Positions 1 to 12,335 of a DNA stretch of 64,000 bases are shown here, piece by piece. Each line of letters opens with the position of its first letter. The stretch's first letter is position 1. Under the pieces are notes generated by a model. That model ran no database searches and was not told the origin of the DNA. It was given only the letters and a program-made list of their open reading frames with translations. This DNA is from Hemiscyllium ocellatum (taxonomy: Eukaryota). Made by a program: the position numbers and the translations under genes. The stretch spans positions 49,338,999-49,402,998 of the forward strand of contig NC_083424.1 of the NCBI RefSeq assembly GCF_020745735.1, in the 5' to 3' direction.

Positions 1-446
1 GAGGGTATGTGTAAGGAATGAGCTGCCAGAGGAAGTGGTAGAGGCAGCTACATTTACAACATTTTAAAAGATATTTGGACAGATACAGGAATAGGAAAGG
101 TTTAGATGGTTATGGCCCAAAAGCAGGCAAATGAGACTAGTTCAGTTCAGGATACCTGGTTGGACCGAAGGGTCTGTTGCTGTACTATATGACTCTCTGA
201 CTCTGTTTTTAAAAAGGGTGAGTATGATGGCATTGGATGATTATTTGAATACGAAGAGTATACATGGAGAAAATGCAGGAGATTGGCACTGAGTAATCAT
301 GCTCATTTGAAGAGACTGTGCAGGGAGGATGGGCCAAATGGTCTGTTGCAAAATACAAATTCTGTGATTTCAGTTCATGATATTCAGTAGTATTTGAGAT
401 TGAATTACCCTTAATTTCCTTGTAAAATGTGCTTTCTCTTTCCAAG

Positions 447-535
447 GCACTTGAGATCTGTGTTCCTTTGATGAAGCTAGAAGAAACTATTTTGATCCTT
501 GCTGATGTGAGATATTGTTCCCCAAGTGAGGAATG
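447..535 (+). CDS. FKBP8-like: FKBP8-like immunophilin, internal coding exon (FKBP domain); upstream exons lie before the window
   Basis: ttccaag|GCA...GAA TG|gtaag. Encodes ALEICVPLMKLEETILILADVRYCSPSEE, similar to FKBP8 [26 protein letters not shown]. The phase-2 end fits the next exon. Confidence 0.8.
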
Positions 536-869
536 GTAAGATTGGATGGATCATTGTTTAATAGTGAACAGTGTTAATACTGTTGTTGTAGCATAACATA
601 AACTCACCATCAGTTGATATTAATTTGATAATGATATGAATATAAATAACCTGATTGTCAGAGTAAACTCCCTAGCAAGCTGCCCCAGCTCTGATGACAC
701 ACCTACAATTTTCAAGTCTCTAGTTTGTATCAAACTAGAGAGTTGTACAGGACTAAATAGCTCCTAGGCTGCTTGCCAGATGGTCAGTATCTGTGTGTTT
801 ATTGTTGGAGAAGGAGTGTCAGTCACTAAGTTAGTGTAAGAGGGCAGTTCTTTATTCTGGATAACTGTT

Positions 870-1975
870 TTGTTCATTATCCATGAGGATTCACACATTT
901 CATATTCCAAGATTAAATACCAAGGCTTTTGACACAGTCAATGGGGATCCGCAATGGAAAATCCTGTTAAAAACCAGCTGGCCAGTGAAACTTATCAACA
1001 TTCTCCATCTCCTCCACAAAAAGATGTCAGCAACAATCTTCATCAATGATAATATGACAGCATTCTTTGAGGTCAAGACGGGTTAAACAGGAATGTGTCA
1101 TTGCCCCCATCCTTTTCTCATCTCCACCACTACCATTCTTCATCTTGTGAAGAACAAGCTTCCCAGTGATATGGTCACTATCTACAGCATGGACAGAAAA
1201 CCCTCAACCGTAACCAGTTGAAATCAACAAAGAAAATGACATAGATGTCACTTATGGAACCTCAGTATGCAGATGACAATGTAATCTCCCCTCTGGAGAA
1301 GAGAAACTTCAAGCCTCGCTTGATGCCTTTGTGGAAACACTCCAAAAAAAAAATCTCTACCTCAACCTCGAGCAGACTCAAATCCTTTACAAACCCATCC
1401 CAGGACAAATTCTGGTCCACCCCTCCATTAAGATCAATGGAGAAATCTTACTATAGGAGTAACATTTTCCTTCGCTGGGAATCTACCTCTCATCTAAGAC
1501 TGACATCAGTCTGGAGATTCAATGTAAAATCCAATCTGTGAGTGCCACCTTTATATTCCTAAAGATGAGAATCTTTGACAGCTGTGACATCCATGCTAAT
1601 ACCAAGATCCTGCTGACACTTCTAACTGGCTCCAAAGCCTGGGCAGACATACTGACACCACATCAAGACCCTTGAGAAGTGTCATCAACATTGTTTGAGA
1701 TGGATTCTCTGCAGCAGCCGGGAGGACAGGCATAGTTACATCAACTTCCTTGAAGCAGCTAATAGTACCAACATTGATCATCTGAAACCAACTCCGCCAG
1801 GCTGGTCACTTAGGATGCCTGAGTTCTGACTGCCAGATCAAATCTTGAGGACAAAGGAAGCGTCTTGCAAACTACCTGAAGGTTTCCCTCAAGAAACACA
1901 GCATAGATACAATGCATGGGAGACCCTTGTTCAGAAGAAACAAAAGGATGCACAGAACTCATGACCAGTGACATG
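870..1975 (+). mobile_element. RTE-clade LINE RT remnant
   Basis: Motifs TKAFDTVN...WKILLK...ILHLLH, FEVKTG.KQECVIAP.LF and QYADD, heavily degenerate. Confidence 0.75.
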
Positions 1976-2264
1976 GAATTTCATGTGGATAATCATACTC
2001 ATTAATGACAATGAATGAAGTCAGGACCTCAGGCTACTTTTAGAGGAATTCCTTAACCTTACCAATCCCACAAGATAAATTCCAAATTTATCCTGAATTT
2101 TGATGTCTTTGGAAATGTTTGAGAGAATATGTTTCACCAATTATTCAAGTAATTTGGGCAAATAAATCAAACGTCAGTGGTAGTTCCTTTTCCTCACCCT
2201 GCACAGTGTCTTCTGATAAATGACCCATGTATTAAACCACTGCACAGAAGGCTCATTGGTTTGA

Positions 2265-4780
2265 CATAGAACAATACAGCACAGTACAGGCCCTTCAGAC
2301 TTCAATGTTGTGCTGGCTTTTTATCCTACTCTAAGATCAGACTAACCTACATACCCTTCATTGTGCTATCTTCCATGTGCATATGCAAGAGTTGCTTAAA
2401 TATCCATAATGTATCTGACTACCACCACTGCCAGCAGTGCATTCCATGCACCCACCACTCTCTTCCTCTGACATTCCCCTAAATTTTCCTCCAGTCACCT
2501 TAAAATTACGACCCATCATGATAGACATTTTCTGCCATGGCAAAAGTCTCGAGCTCTCCACTCTAACTATGCTTCTCAGCATCTTGTACACCTCTATCAA
2601 GTCATCTCTCAACTTTCTTCGTACCAGTGAGAAAACTCCTACCTCCATCAACCTTTCTTCCTAAAACATGCCCTCCAATCCAGGCAGCATCCTGGTAACT
2701 CTCCTCTGCACCCTCTCTAAAGCTTCCACATCTTTCCGGTAATGAGGTGACCAGAAATGAATGCAGTATTCCAAGTGTGGTCTAACCAGGGCACGATAGA
2801 GCTGCAGATAATCTCGTGGCTTTTAAACTCAATCCCTCTGCTAATAAAAGCTAACACACCATACGCCTTCTTAACAACCCTGTCAAGTTGGGTAGCAACT
2901 TTGAGGGATCTGTGGAAATGGACCCCAAGATCCTTCTGTTACTCCATACTGCCAAGAATCCTGCCTTAACCTGTATTCTGCATTCAAATGCAAACTTCCA
3001 AAATGAATGACTTCACACTTTTCAAGGTTGAGTTCCATCTGCCACTTTTCAGCCCAGTTCTGCATCCTGTCAATGTCCCATTCAACCTATAACAGCCCTC
3101 CACACTGTCCACAACTCCACGAGCCTTCATGTCATTGGAAAACTTACTAACCCACCCTTCCACTTCCTCATCCAAGTAATTTATAAAAATCACAAAGATC
3201 ACAGGTCCCAGAAGTGTTCCCTGCAGAACACCATTGGTTACCATGCTCCTGGTTGAATACTTTCCATCTACCACCACCCTCTGTCTCTGGGCCAGCCAAT
3301 TCTATGACCAGACAGCCAGGTTTCCCTGTATCCCATGCCTGCCCTGGAAATGTGTCACAACATGTCTGAACAGGTTGGTTAACCAACTGTATTCCACAGG
3401 GTTTGGTGCTGAGTCCATTTTTTTCATTTTTAAATGATTTAGATAAGAATATTATGTTAGGCATGGTTAGTAACTTTGTAGATGATACTTTCTAAATGAG
3501 CCTACAATGGGGAACCTTATCAAACACCTTGCTAAAATCCATGTACACCACATCCACCACTATACCATCATTAACATGTTTTGTCATACCCTCAAAGAAT
3601 TCAGTAAGGTTTGTGAGGCATGACCTGTCCCTCTCTCAGCCATGCTGACTATCTCTAATCAAACTATGATTTTCCAAATAATTATAAATCCTGTCTCACA
3701 GAATCTTCCCAATACTTTGCCCACCATCGACGTAAGACTGACAGGTCTGTAATTTCTAGGTTATCCCTCCTCCCTTTATTGATCAAAGGAATAACATTTG
3801 CCACCTTCCAATAATCTGGCACTATTCCAATCGACAGTGAGGATGCAAAGATCATTGTCAAAGGCGCAGCCATCCCTTTGCGCACTTCCTGTAGTAACCT
3901 TGGGTATATCCTGTTTAGGCCATGGGGTTTATCTATCCTTATGTTTTTCAAAATTTTCAGCACATCCTGCTTCCTAACAGCAACCTGTTCTAGCAATCAG
4001 TCTGTTTCACACTGTCCTCAGAAACATCAAGGTCCCTCTTAGTAGTAAATACCAAAGCAAAGTATTCAGTAAAGACCTCCTCTACTTCCTTCAACTCCAG
4101 GCACAAGTTCTCTCCTCTATCCCTTATCTCCCCAACCCTCACTTTGGCTATCCTCTTGTTCCTACTTAAGTGCAGAACGCCTTAGTGTTTTCCTCAATCC
4201 TACCCACTAAAGTTTTTTATGCCCCCATCTAAGTCTCCCAAGTCCATTCTTCAGTTCCTTCCTGGCTACCTTATAACCCCTGAAGCCCTGTCTGATCCTT
4301 GCCTCCTCAACTTTAAGTAAGCTTCCTTCTTCCTCTTGACTAGATGTTCAACATACCTTGTCACCCAAGGTTCTTTCAACCCACCATTTCTTCCTTGCCT
4401 CAGTGAAACAAACTAGTCCAGCACTGGCAGCAAGTGTTCCCTAAAGAACCTCCACATTTCTGTTGTGCATTTCACTGAGAACATCTGTTCCCAATTTAGG
4501 TACCCCAGTTTCTGCGTAATAGTATTGTAATTTCCCATACCATCTGCTCCTACCCCTCTCCCTTTCACTATCACCAAAATGCCCCTACCAAGAGATCTGA
4601 CACGTGGCATGATTTGTTGTGAAGCACCAAATCCAATATGGCCTCCCCTCTAGCCGACCTATCCACATATTGCGTCAGGTCCCCTTCCTAGACGCACCTA
4701 ACAAAAACTGCTCCATTTGAACTAAGTAAGTTCCAATCAATATTAGGGAAGTTAAAGTTACCCATGACAACAACCCTGTT
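2265..4780 (-). mobile_element. CR1 LINE ORF2 remnant with 3' tail
   Basis: Motifs IYPRLLQE...WKVANVIPL, GVLQGTLLGPVIFVIFIN, WAEKWQMELNLEKCEVIHFG and LRDDLIEVYK. Confidence 0.9.
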
Positions 4781-5049
4781 ACTTTTGTTTATTTTATGAG
4801 GCTTGGAACAGTGAATTTGAGGTAAGTCTTCTCTCAAAAATTGAAATGGTATAACCTAATAATAAATGATTCAGATGGAAAATTTGTTGTGGGAGTGTTC
4901 GTTCAGGTGTCTACCCAATAATTCATTTATGCCACAGGAGGTGATTGGGTGTTTGTAGTACAATGGTACTTCTGGGCCAGAAAATCCACAGTCGAGTGCC
5001 ATCTGCCCTGGAAATGTATCATAACATGTATGAACAGATTGATTTAACC

Positions 5050-5890
5050 AGCTGTGTTCTACAGGGTTTGGTGCTGCATGCATTTTTTTCATTTTTTTTT
5101 AATGATTTAGATAAGAATATAGAAGGCATGATTAGTAACTTTGTGGACAATGCCAAAATTGGGAGTATAGTGGACAGTGAAGGAGATTATTTAAGATTAC
5201 AAAGAGATCATGATCAATTGGGTCAATGGACTGAGGAGTGGCAGATGGAGTTTAATTTGGATAATTCTTTGAAGTTTGTGTCACGTGAAGACAGGTTGGT
5301 TAAGAAGGCATTTAGCACACTGGCCTTCATTACTCAGATCTTTGAGTAAAGGAGTTAGGACATCCTATTGACGTTGTACAGGGTGACTGTGAGGCCTTTT
5401 CTGGAGTATTGTGGCCAGATCTAGTTGCCCTGTATGATTAAGATATGATTAAGCTAGAGAGGGTTCAGAGAAGATTTACCTTGATGTTGCTGAGAATGGA
5501 GGGTTTGACTTATAAGGAGAGGTCGGATAGGCTGGACTTCTTTTACTGGAGCTTAGGAGGTTGAGGGGTGACCTTATAGAGACTTATTAATTCATGAGTT
5601 ATATAGATAAGGTCAATGGCAGGTGTCTGTTCCCTAGAATGGGGTATTTCAAGACTAGGGACCATTTTCTTTTAAAAACTGTGAGGGGCAGTTTTGTTTT
5701 ACACAGAGAGTGGTTCGTGTGTTTGGAATGAACTGCCAAAGTAAGTGGTGGATGCGGATATTGTTAGAATATTTAAAAGACGTTTGGATAAATACATGAA
5801 TAAGAAACGTTTGGATGGATATGGGCCAAGCACAGGCAGGTGGGACTAATTTAGGTTGGGATTATGGTCGAAGGGTCTGTAACCATCCTG
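5050..5890 (+). mobile_element. CR1 LINE 3' fragment
   Basis: Encodes NDLDKNIEGMISNFVDNAKIG...WQMEFN and carries a CR1 3' tail. Confidence 0.85.
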
Positions 5891-8800
5891 TATACCCACA
5901 ACGTTTTTTGGCAGAAGGAATTAACTCACTGCCTAGGGAAATTGAACACTGACATCAGCTCAGTTATGTACTGCATAACAAACAGTGATTATCGTAAAAT
6001 GAAGATCTTTATAGCATAGTAATTTCATACAATGTAGGATTAATGAGTTATATAATCTAGTGCACAGCTGCAATATGAATGAAACAGGATTTTCTATCTC
6101 TGCCTGTCTTGTAAGCTAATGTATTTTTAACTTTATTGACAATATTTTTCCATATTAATTGGTTAGCCACATTTTCATTGCCCAAGGTATAGTCATTATT
6201 ATGTTGCAAATATTTGACTGCTTCACTACAAAGTGAATGTCATCACTGTTGTCTGATAGACAACAGTCTATTGGGTATTAGACTAAATTCAGCAAGAATC
6301 TAGAACCATTTCTGATGATCAGCAAGTCAGTGGCGATCACTTCTTGTCAACATTTTCAACCATAATGGTCTAAACGGTTAATTTACTGTCAAGGTAATTC
6401 CATGTTGTTCTGTGAAACTTGTGAGCATGTTTCCTGTGGTAGCCCACATAATTTGTTGGATTACACCCAGGTAGCTCTCCATACACCAGATAGTGGAAAA
6501 TGACTGTATTATCAGTGACGTACAAAATTGGAAAATGACTAACAACTACAACAACATGTATTCGTTGGTGTGACCTGACTTGTTTCTGGTTTGTTAATGT
6601 GTTGATTATTGAATGCAGTGAATTATCTTCAAACTGGTTAGGTTTTTTGATTTATTTAATATTGTCATAGAGCCATTCAGCATGGGAACAGATTGTTTGG
6701 TCCAACTCTGAACACTGAACAGACTTCCTAGTCTGACCTAGTCTCATTTGCCAGCCTTTGGCCCATACCTCTCTAAAGTCTTCCTAATTATATACCTATC
6801 CAGATGCCTTTTAAATATTATAATTGTACCTGCCTCCACCTCTACCTCGGGCATCTTGTTCCACACATAATCACCTTCTGCATGAAAAGGTTACCTAGAT
6901 AAAGTGAAAAGTATATATTGTTGCCATGCTCTTTGTTACAATTTACTGTGACTTTGTTGCAGGAATGTTGCAAGTTGATATAAGAGAAAAAGCTAAATTT
7001 AATAGCTGTTTCAGAATAAGGATGAATTGTTGGGGACTTGCTCTAGTAGAAGCAGGCAACTTCACCCATATTGAGCAAATTGGGAGGAAGGGATTACTTA
7101 AATGTTTTACTTGAGAAGATCAGTGTTGTATTCCATTATTTTAGTAATAAGGTCTGAGTGTTTCTATGTCATCAGGAAGAATTTGTGTCTTCTTTTCAGA
7201 ATACAAGCTGATCTGGACAGGGAGCGAGTGCAGTTTACTGGTAAATAGATGATTACTGTATCAGTTAATAAATCATAAGACATTTTGGCAGAGATTGTCT
7301 GCAAAACCTTTATGGTTACTGATGACTCAGACCTTCAATAATGTTCTAGGGTGGAAGAGAGGGATCAAGAAGTAGTAATGATAATTGGGGCAAATATTTC
7401 TTTTGAACACTGGGTAAAGTTGATGGAAACAACACAAAAATATCACAATTATATCTCTGGACAGGAAGTTAGATGCTACAATGGCAGCATTTCATTTGAG
7501 ATTGAAAATGTATTTAAATAAGTATCTGATAAACTTATTTTCAGCATTTTGTTGTTTTATGATTGAAGACTTTTCAAAACCTGTGTTCAAAGTTTGGTTT
7601 AGTTGCCCTGTTCATTTATGTATGAAGATTTGGGTGGGGAGTGGTTTGGTATGTGAAAAGCTAGCAGTACAGGTTTCTGTCCAGTTTTTAAGGTTGGGAA
7701 ATAAATGTCTTTTGATTATTTTTGAACATGCCACCTGTCCAGAGCCTGCTGATTTACAGGCTAGAGGGTGGAAATCCTAAAGCAGAAGCCCTTTAGCCAA
7801 GCTGTTATAAGAGCAGATGAGTCCAGTAGAGAAGAATAGAAGAAATCATGAGGTGGATGGTTGTAGGAATGGTGAAATCAAATTGTGATAGGCAAATGGG
7901 GTTTGGATCTTGTCCAGGCAATCCATTCATAGTTTGGTGGAGGACGTGGGGAGGGGGAGGTCAGGTGGCAGATAGTTCAAGAGGGTGAGAATATCTCTGT
8001 GAGTTACCTATTGTGGCAGAAGAAAGTACTTATATTCTTTCTGACCATGAACAGAGCTGTAACGGCAATTAGTTCATCGATTCAAACTTTCTTGACATGA
8101 GAGCAATTTTTTCACAAAAAAATGTGCTACATAAATAGAACAACAAGGTAAATGTAGGTATAGTTAACATAATTTAAAAGACATTTGGACAGTACCTGAA
8201 AAGAAAAGGTTTAGAGGGATATAGGCCAAATTCAGGCAAATGGAGACCTAATTGGCATGGATGAGTTGGGCCAAGGGCCCTGCATGGCGCTATGACGTGC
8301 TGGGTTTTCTGAGGCTTGGGAAACCTAGAAAGCATGAGTTAAAAATAGGATTACTATTAACATAGGACATGTAACCTTATAACGTTTAAATGAAACATCT
8401 TCCAAGAGCAGGTTAATCATCACCCATCCCAGCCCGAGCTCTGTATATAACCAGATGTAGATATGATTGAGGGGGTTGATTTGCTGTTTCAAATTTTTTG
8501 AATTGCAAACTCTGATACAATCCAAATTTATCAATTTTTGAGAGTAAAATTCAGCCCAATTGGCATTTCCTGTGGCTAATACCAATGCATAAATCTCTTT
8601 GTGCATGATCAGAACGGTCAGTCTTGTATCTACTCTGCTTGATTTTACAATTGTAGAGATGGCTTTTAAAAATAGAAAAATTTGGCATAACGAAACTATT
8701 TAATCATTTATGCCTGGGCTATGTTCTTCACAAAGACTCCTGATTCATCTGATCAGCATTTTACTCTGTATGATTAATATAGTCCTAGTCATGCAGATCT

Positions 8801-8974
8801 TGACTTCTGGGTTTGTGTCGATCATAGGACAAACAAAAGAGAAAATCAGCCCAGAGGAGTGGTATTTCCATCACACTGGTGTCACCTAGCATCTTTCTCT
8901 TAAATAGAATGTGAAAGGACCTTTGGAATCCTGGGATTAAATTCTCCCCAATCTTAGGGTGGCTACAATAAATG

Positions 8975-9794
8975 AACAGGAGAATCGACGTTTTGGGCAT
9001 AAGCCCTTCTTCAGGAATGAGGAGGGTGTGCCAAGCAGGCTAAGATAAAAGGTAGGGAGGAGGGACTTGGAGGAGGGGTGTTGGGAATATGATAGGTGGA
9101 CGGAGGTTGTGAGGGTGATAGACTGGAGAGGGGGTGAGGGTGGAGAGGTCGGGAAGAAGATTGCAGGTCAAGAAGGTGGTGCTGAGTCTGAGGGTTGGGA
9201 CTGAGAAAAGGTGGGGGGAGGGGAAATGAGAAAGCTGGAGAAATCTGAATTCATCCCTTGTGGTTGGAGGGTTCCTAGGCGGAAGATGAGACTCTCTTCC
9301 TCCAGCCGTCGTGTTGCCGTGGTCGTGGAGCATGAGGCCAAGGACCTGCATGTCCTTGGCGGAGTGGGAGGGGGAGTTAAAGTGTTCAGCCACAGGGTGG
9401 TTGGGTTGGTTGGCGCGGTTGTCCTAGAGGTGTTCTCTGAAATATTCCGCAAGTAGGCGGCCTGTCTCCCCAATATAGAGGAGGCCACATCGGATGCAGC
9501 GGATGCAGTAAATGATATGTGTGGAAGTGCACCTCTCCACCCCCACCTCCTCTCTGGCCTATCACCCTTACCATAACCTCCTTCCACCTATCGTGTTCCC
9601 AACACCCCTCCCCCAAGTCCCTCCTCCCTACCTTTTATCTTAGCCTGCTTGGCACACCTTCCTCATTCCTGAAGAAGGGCTTATGCCCGAAACGTCGATT
9701 CTCCTGCTCCTTTGATGCTGCTTGACCTGCTGCTCTTTTCCAGCAACACATTTTTAAGCTCTGATCTCCAGCATCTGCAGTCCTCACTTCCTCC
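8975..9794. mobile_element. Penelope-like 3' fragment with inverted terminal halves and 15-bp TSD
   Basis: GIY-YIG C-terminal remnant (RRLEEESLIFRLGTLQPQGMN) on the minus strand, with the tail repeated in inverted orientation at about 9535-9794. Flanked by tggctacaataaatg at 8960-8974 and 9795-9809. Confidence 0.85.
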
Positions 9795-10184
9795 TGGCTA
9801 CAATAAATGTTAATGAGGTAATTAGGACAACAAATGTGAAATCTGGCAGTTTGTAGGAGACTTACAAAATGACTTGATTTGCAACTCTTAGGTCATATAT
9901 TTTTAACATGATGGGAGAGAAATTTGTTTTTCTAAGCAGACTTAATGCTAATTCCCCAGGGCAAGCCTGCTACTTACTTGACCACTGCACCTTTTTTTTA
10001 TTGTGGAAACTTGAGACCTGTAGCACTGTATACACTCAGTCCCCTAGCCCTGAAAAAGTTAAATTTAGAATGAGCAAACAAATTTCTTCCCACCCCCCCC
10101 CCCCAACCCCTCCACAAATCGGTTAAACTGAATGTATGAAGAATTGCTCCCAATTAAAACTGTTGCCCTTTTGCATGCCCTCAG

Positions 10185-10390
10185 CCAGCCACCAGGATCT
10201 CGACTTCTTCTTGAAGTGCAGCTCCTGTCAGTCAGTGGCCCTGGAATAAAGGATCGATCAGAGGAAGAGCAGTTGGAATTAATCAATAGAGAGAGGGAAA
10301 AGGGCAATAACCATTTCCAAAGGAAGGATTATCAACTGGCACTCTTTACCTATACTTGTGCATTGAAGATTATAGAGTCAAGTTCCAAAG
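10185..10390 (+). CDS. FKBP8-like: FKBP8-like coding exon (end of FKBP domain, TPR1)
   Basis: ccctcag|C CAG CCA CCA...AAA G|gtacc. Encodes QPPGSRLLLEVQLLSV...REREKGNNHFQRKDYQLALFTYTCALKIIESSSK, similar to FKBP8 IPPHAALCLEVTL...RKRECGNAHYQRADF. Confidence 0.88.
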
Positions 10391-11448
10391 GTACCAATGC
10401 ATAGTCAATATCATCTACATTCATATGTGAGATTGAAGCCCTAAAACATTTTCTATTGTCATCTGTTATTGTTAAAGCTGATAACTCAGTATTTTCAAAA
10501 GTTAACACTTGCTTTTTTGAATGGCTTTTTACTCACGACAGTTTGGGGGGAGAGCAGGTGTGTACCATAGTGGGGGAGGCAAGCGGGTCATATTGTCCAT
10601 TGACAGTTTAAGGTAAGTGTAAAATCCATTGGACATCTCCTTTATGGATAGGATTCTTGGTTGTGGCATAGATTCATGACAATTCAGAGGAGATCCTTGT
10701 GGGTTGGTGTGGAAGCAATTGAGTCAAACTAGAAAGTACTTCTTGGGCCAAGATATAGTCCAGTGGGAGGTTTCACTGTTGGTTGGGCTGGATAAGTTTG
10801 TTATAATAAGAGAAGGTTATTTGTTACTACAAAGTCATCTGTATGAACTTTTCCTTCCCTTTCTGCTCTTCTAATTCAATATCAGACAAAACACTTATCG
10901 ATCAGCTGTTTCTTGTCCTCAGTTGGAATTTAACAATTTGATGTTCCTACACTTTCCCCAAGTTTTACAGTGTTTGGGTTTTGAAATAGCGGAATTGCAA
11001 TTGGAGCAGAGATGAAGAAAACAGTTTTTAAAAATGTAATACTTCAAAATGAATGAACTGCGTGTACTGAAGCTCCATTTTGAAGTATACAAAACAAGTT
11101 GGACAAGTATTTGTGATTTGAAAGTTTTACTTCATTTGTTTCTTCTCTGACAGAGAAGCTGATTTTAACTGTAGGTGGCTATTATAAATGGGTGAATATT
11201 GGTCTGAAAATGAACTTGTAAAACTTACCGCACTTTTTGATGCTAGCTCTATAGCCATCACTAATTTGACAAGAGTTTTACATTGGCCAGCTGGATTATT
11301 AGTGGAGATCTGGGAGTGGCATGACTGTGTCTCCTCTTCCAGGAGATGTGAATCAAAGTAAAATGAACAATGAGCATAAACCAGGGTTTGTGGACTAATT
11401 ACCAGCATGGAATTTCTAAGGATGGTACTCATTATATTTTTTTTTAAG

Positions 11449-11621
11449 GTGAGATAGGATGTGAACAAAAGGATATGCTGCTTGATGAAAAAGTGAAATG
11501 TTATAGCAATATGGCAGCTTGTCATTTAAAGACAGGAAACTTAAAGGAGACAATCTCTTGCTGTGATATAGTCTTGCAGCATCGACCTCATCACTGCAAG
11601 GCGTTATTCAGGAAGGGGAAG
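11449..11621 (+). CDS. FKBP8-like: FKBP8-like coding exon (TPR2-TPR3)
   Basis: ttttaag|GT GAG...GGG AAG|gtatgt. Encodes EKVKCYSNMAACHLKTGNLKETISCCDIVLQHRPHHCKALFRKGK, similar to FKBP8 LKVKCLNNLAASQLK...KALFRKGK. Confidence 0.9.
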
Positions 11622-12257
11622 GTATGTCCATTATTTACTAGCAGTTAATTTATTTACAATGCTCTACAAATTTAGAATGCCAGGTGGGGTGATCTGTGTT
11701 GCATTTAGCAGTTCTATGCCATAAACATTTGAGTAAATTCACTGGGTGCTGGGCCATATGTTGTTTTCAGAGAAAATAGCCTTTCATATTTACTTTGAAT
11801 ATTTTTGTTTCCTTATATGGGCTACTTTTAAATTTTTGGTTGCACCATGGCCCCATGCTCTTCATTTATAGGCCCCTCTGTACAGAAGGTGGTGAGCAAA
11901 TTCAAGCCTTTCTCTGGGCTTGGGCAATTTAGCCATCCAGGTTTAGGAAGTGGCTCATGGAGGGGGTTGTTGCACCTTACTGCCAGTCCCTATTCTATGA
12001 TTATATTCTGGTGTCCATTAAGAGGGAGCATGCACTGGCACAGTAGAACATTCAGGGATTGGTTGACTCCACAGGGGTGGAGTCCATTATCATGCCAGTG
12101 CAGTAATTATATTTTGCTTTAGTTTTGCTAAGGTTCTGTTGACCTCTTGATCTTTTTTGTGATAGTGCCTCACTAAGGACTGTTAAAACTGTTACTGTAC
12201 ATTCAAAATAGTAAATGCAGTGAACTGCAATTAACAGTTTACTTGCAATTGTTTCAG

Positions 12258-12335
12258 GTGTTAGCAATGCAGCAAATATATCCCCTTTCCATTGTCTTCC
12301 TAAAGAAAGCCTTAGCTGTACAGCCAGAGCACCCG
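12258..12335 (+). CDS. FKBP8-like: FKBP8-like coding exon (TPR3, 78 nt)
   Basis: gtttcag|GTG TTA GCA...CAC CCG|gtgagt. Encodes VLAMQQIYPLSIVFLKKALAVQPEHP, similar to FKBP8 [26 protein letters not shown] (both 26 aa). Confidence 0.85.

Noticed and set aside
10132-10184. ATG at 10132 as the start of the FKBP8-like protein
   Set aside because: It is intronic. The acceptor at 10183-10184 joins in phase to the exon at 447-535.
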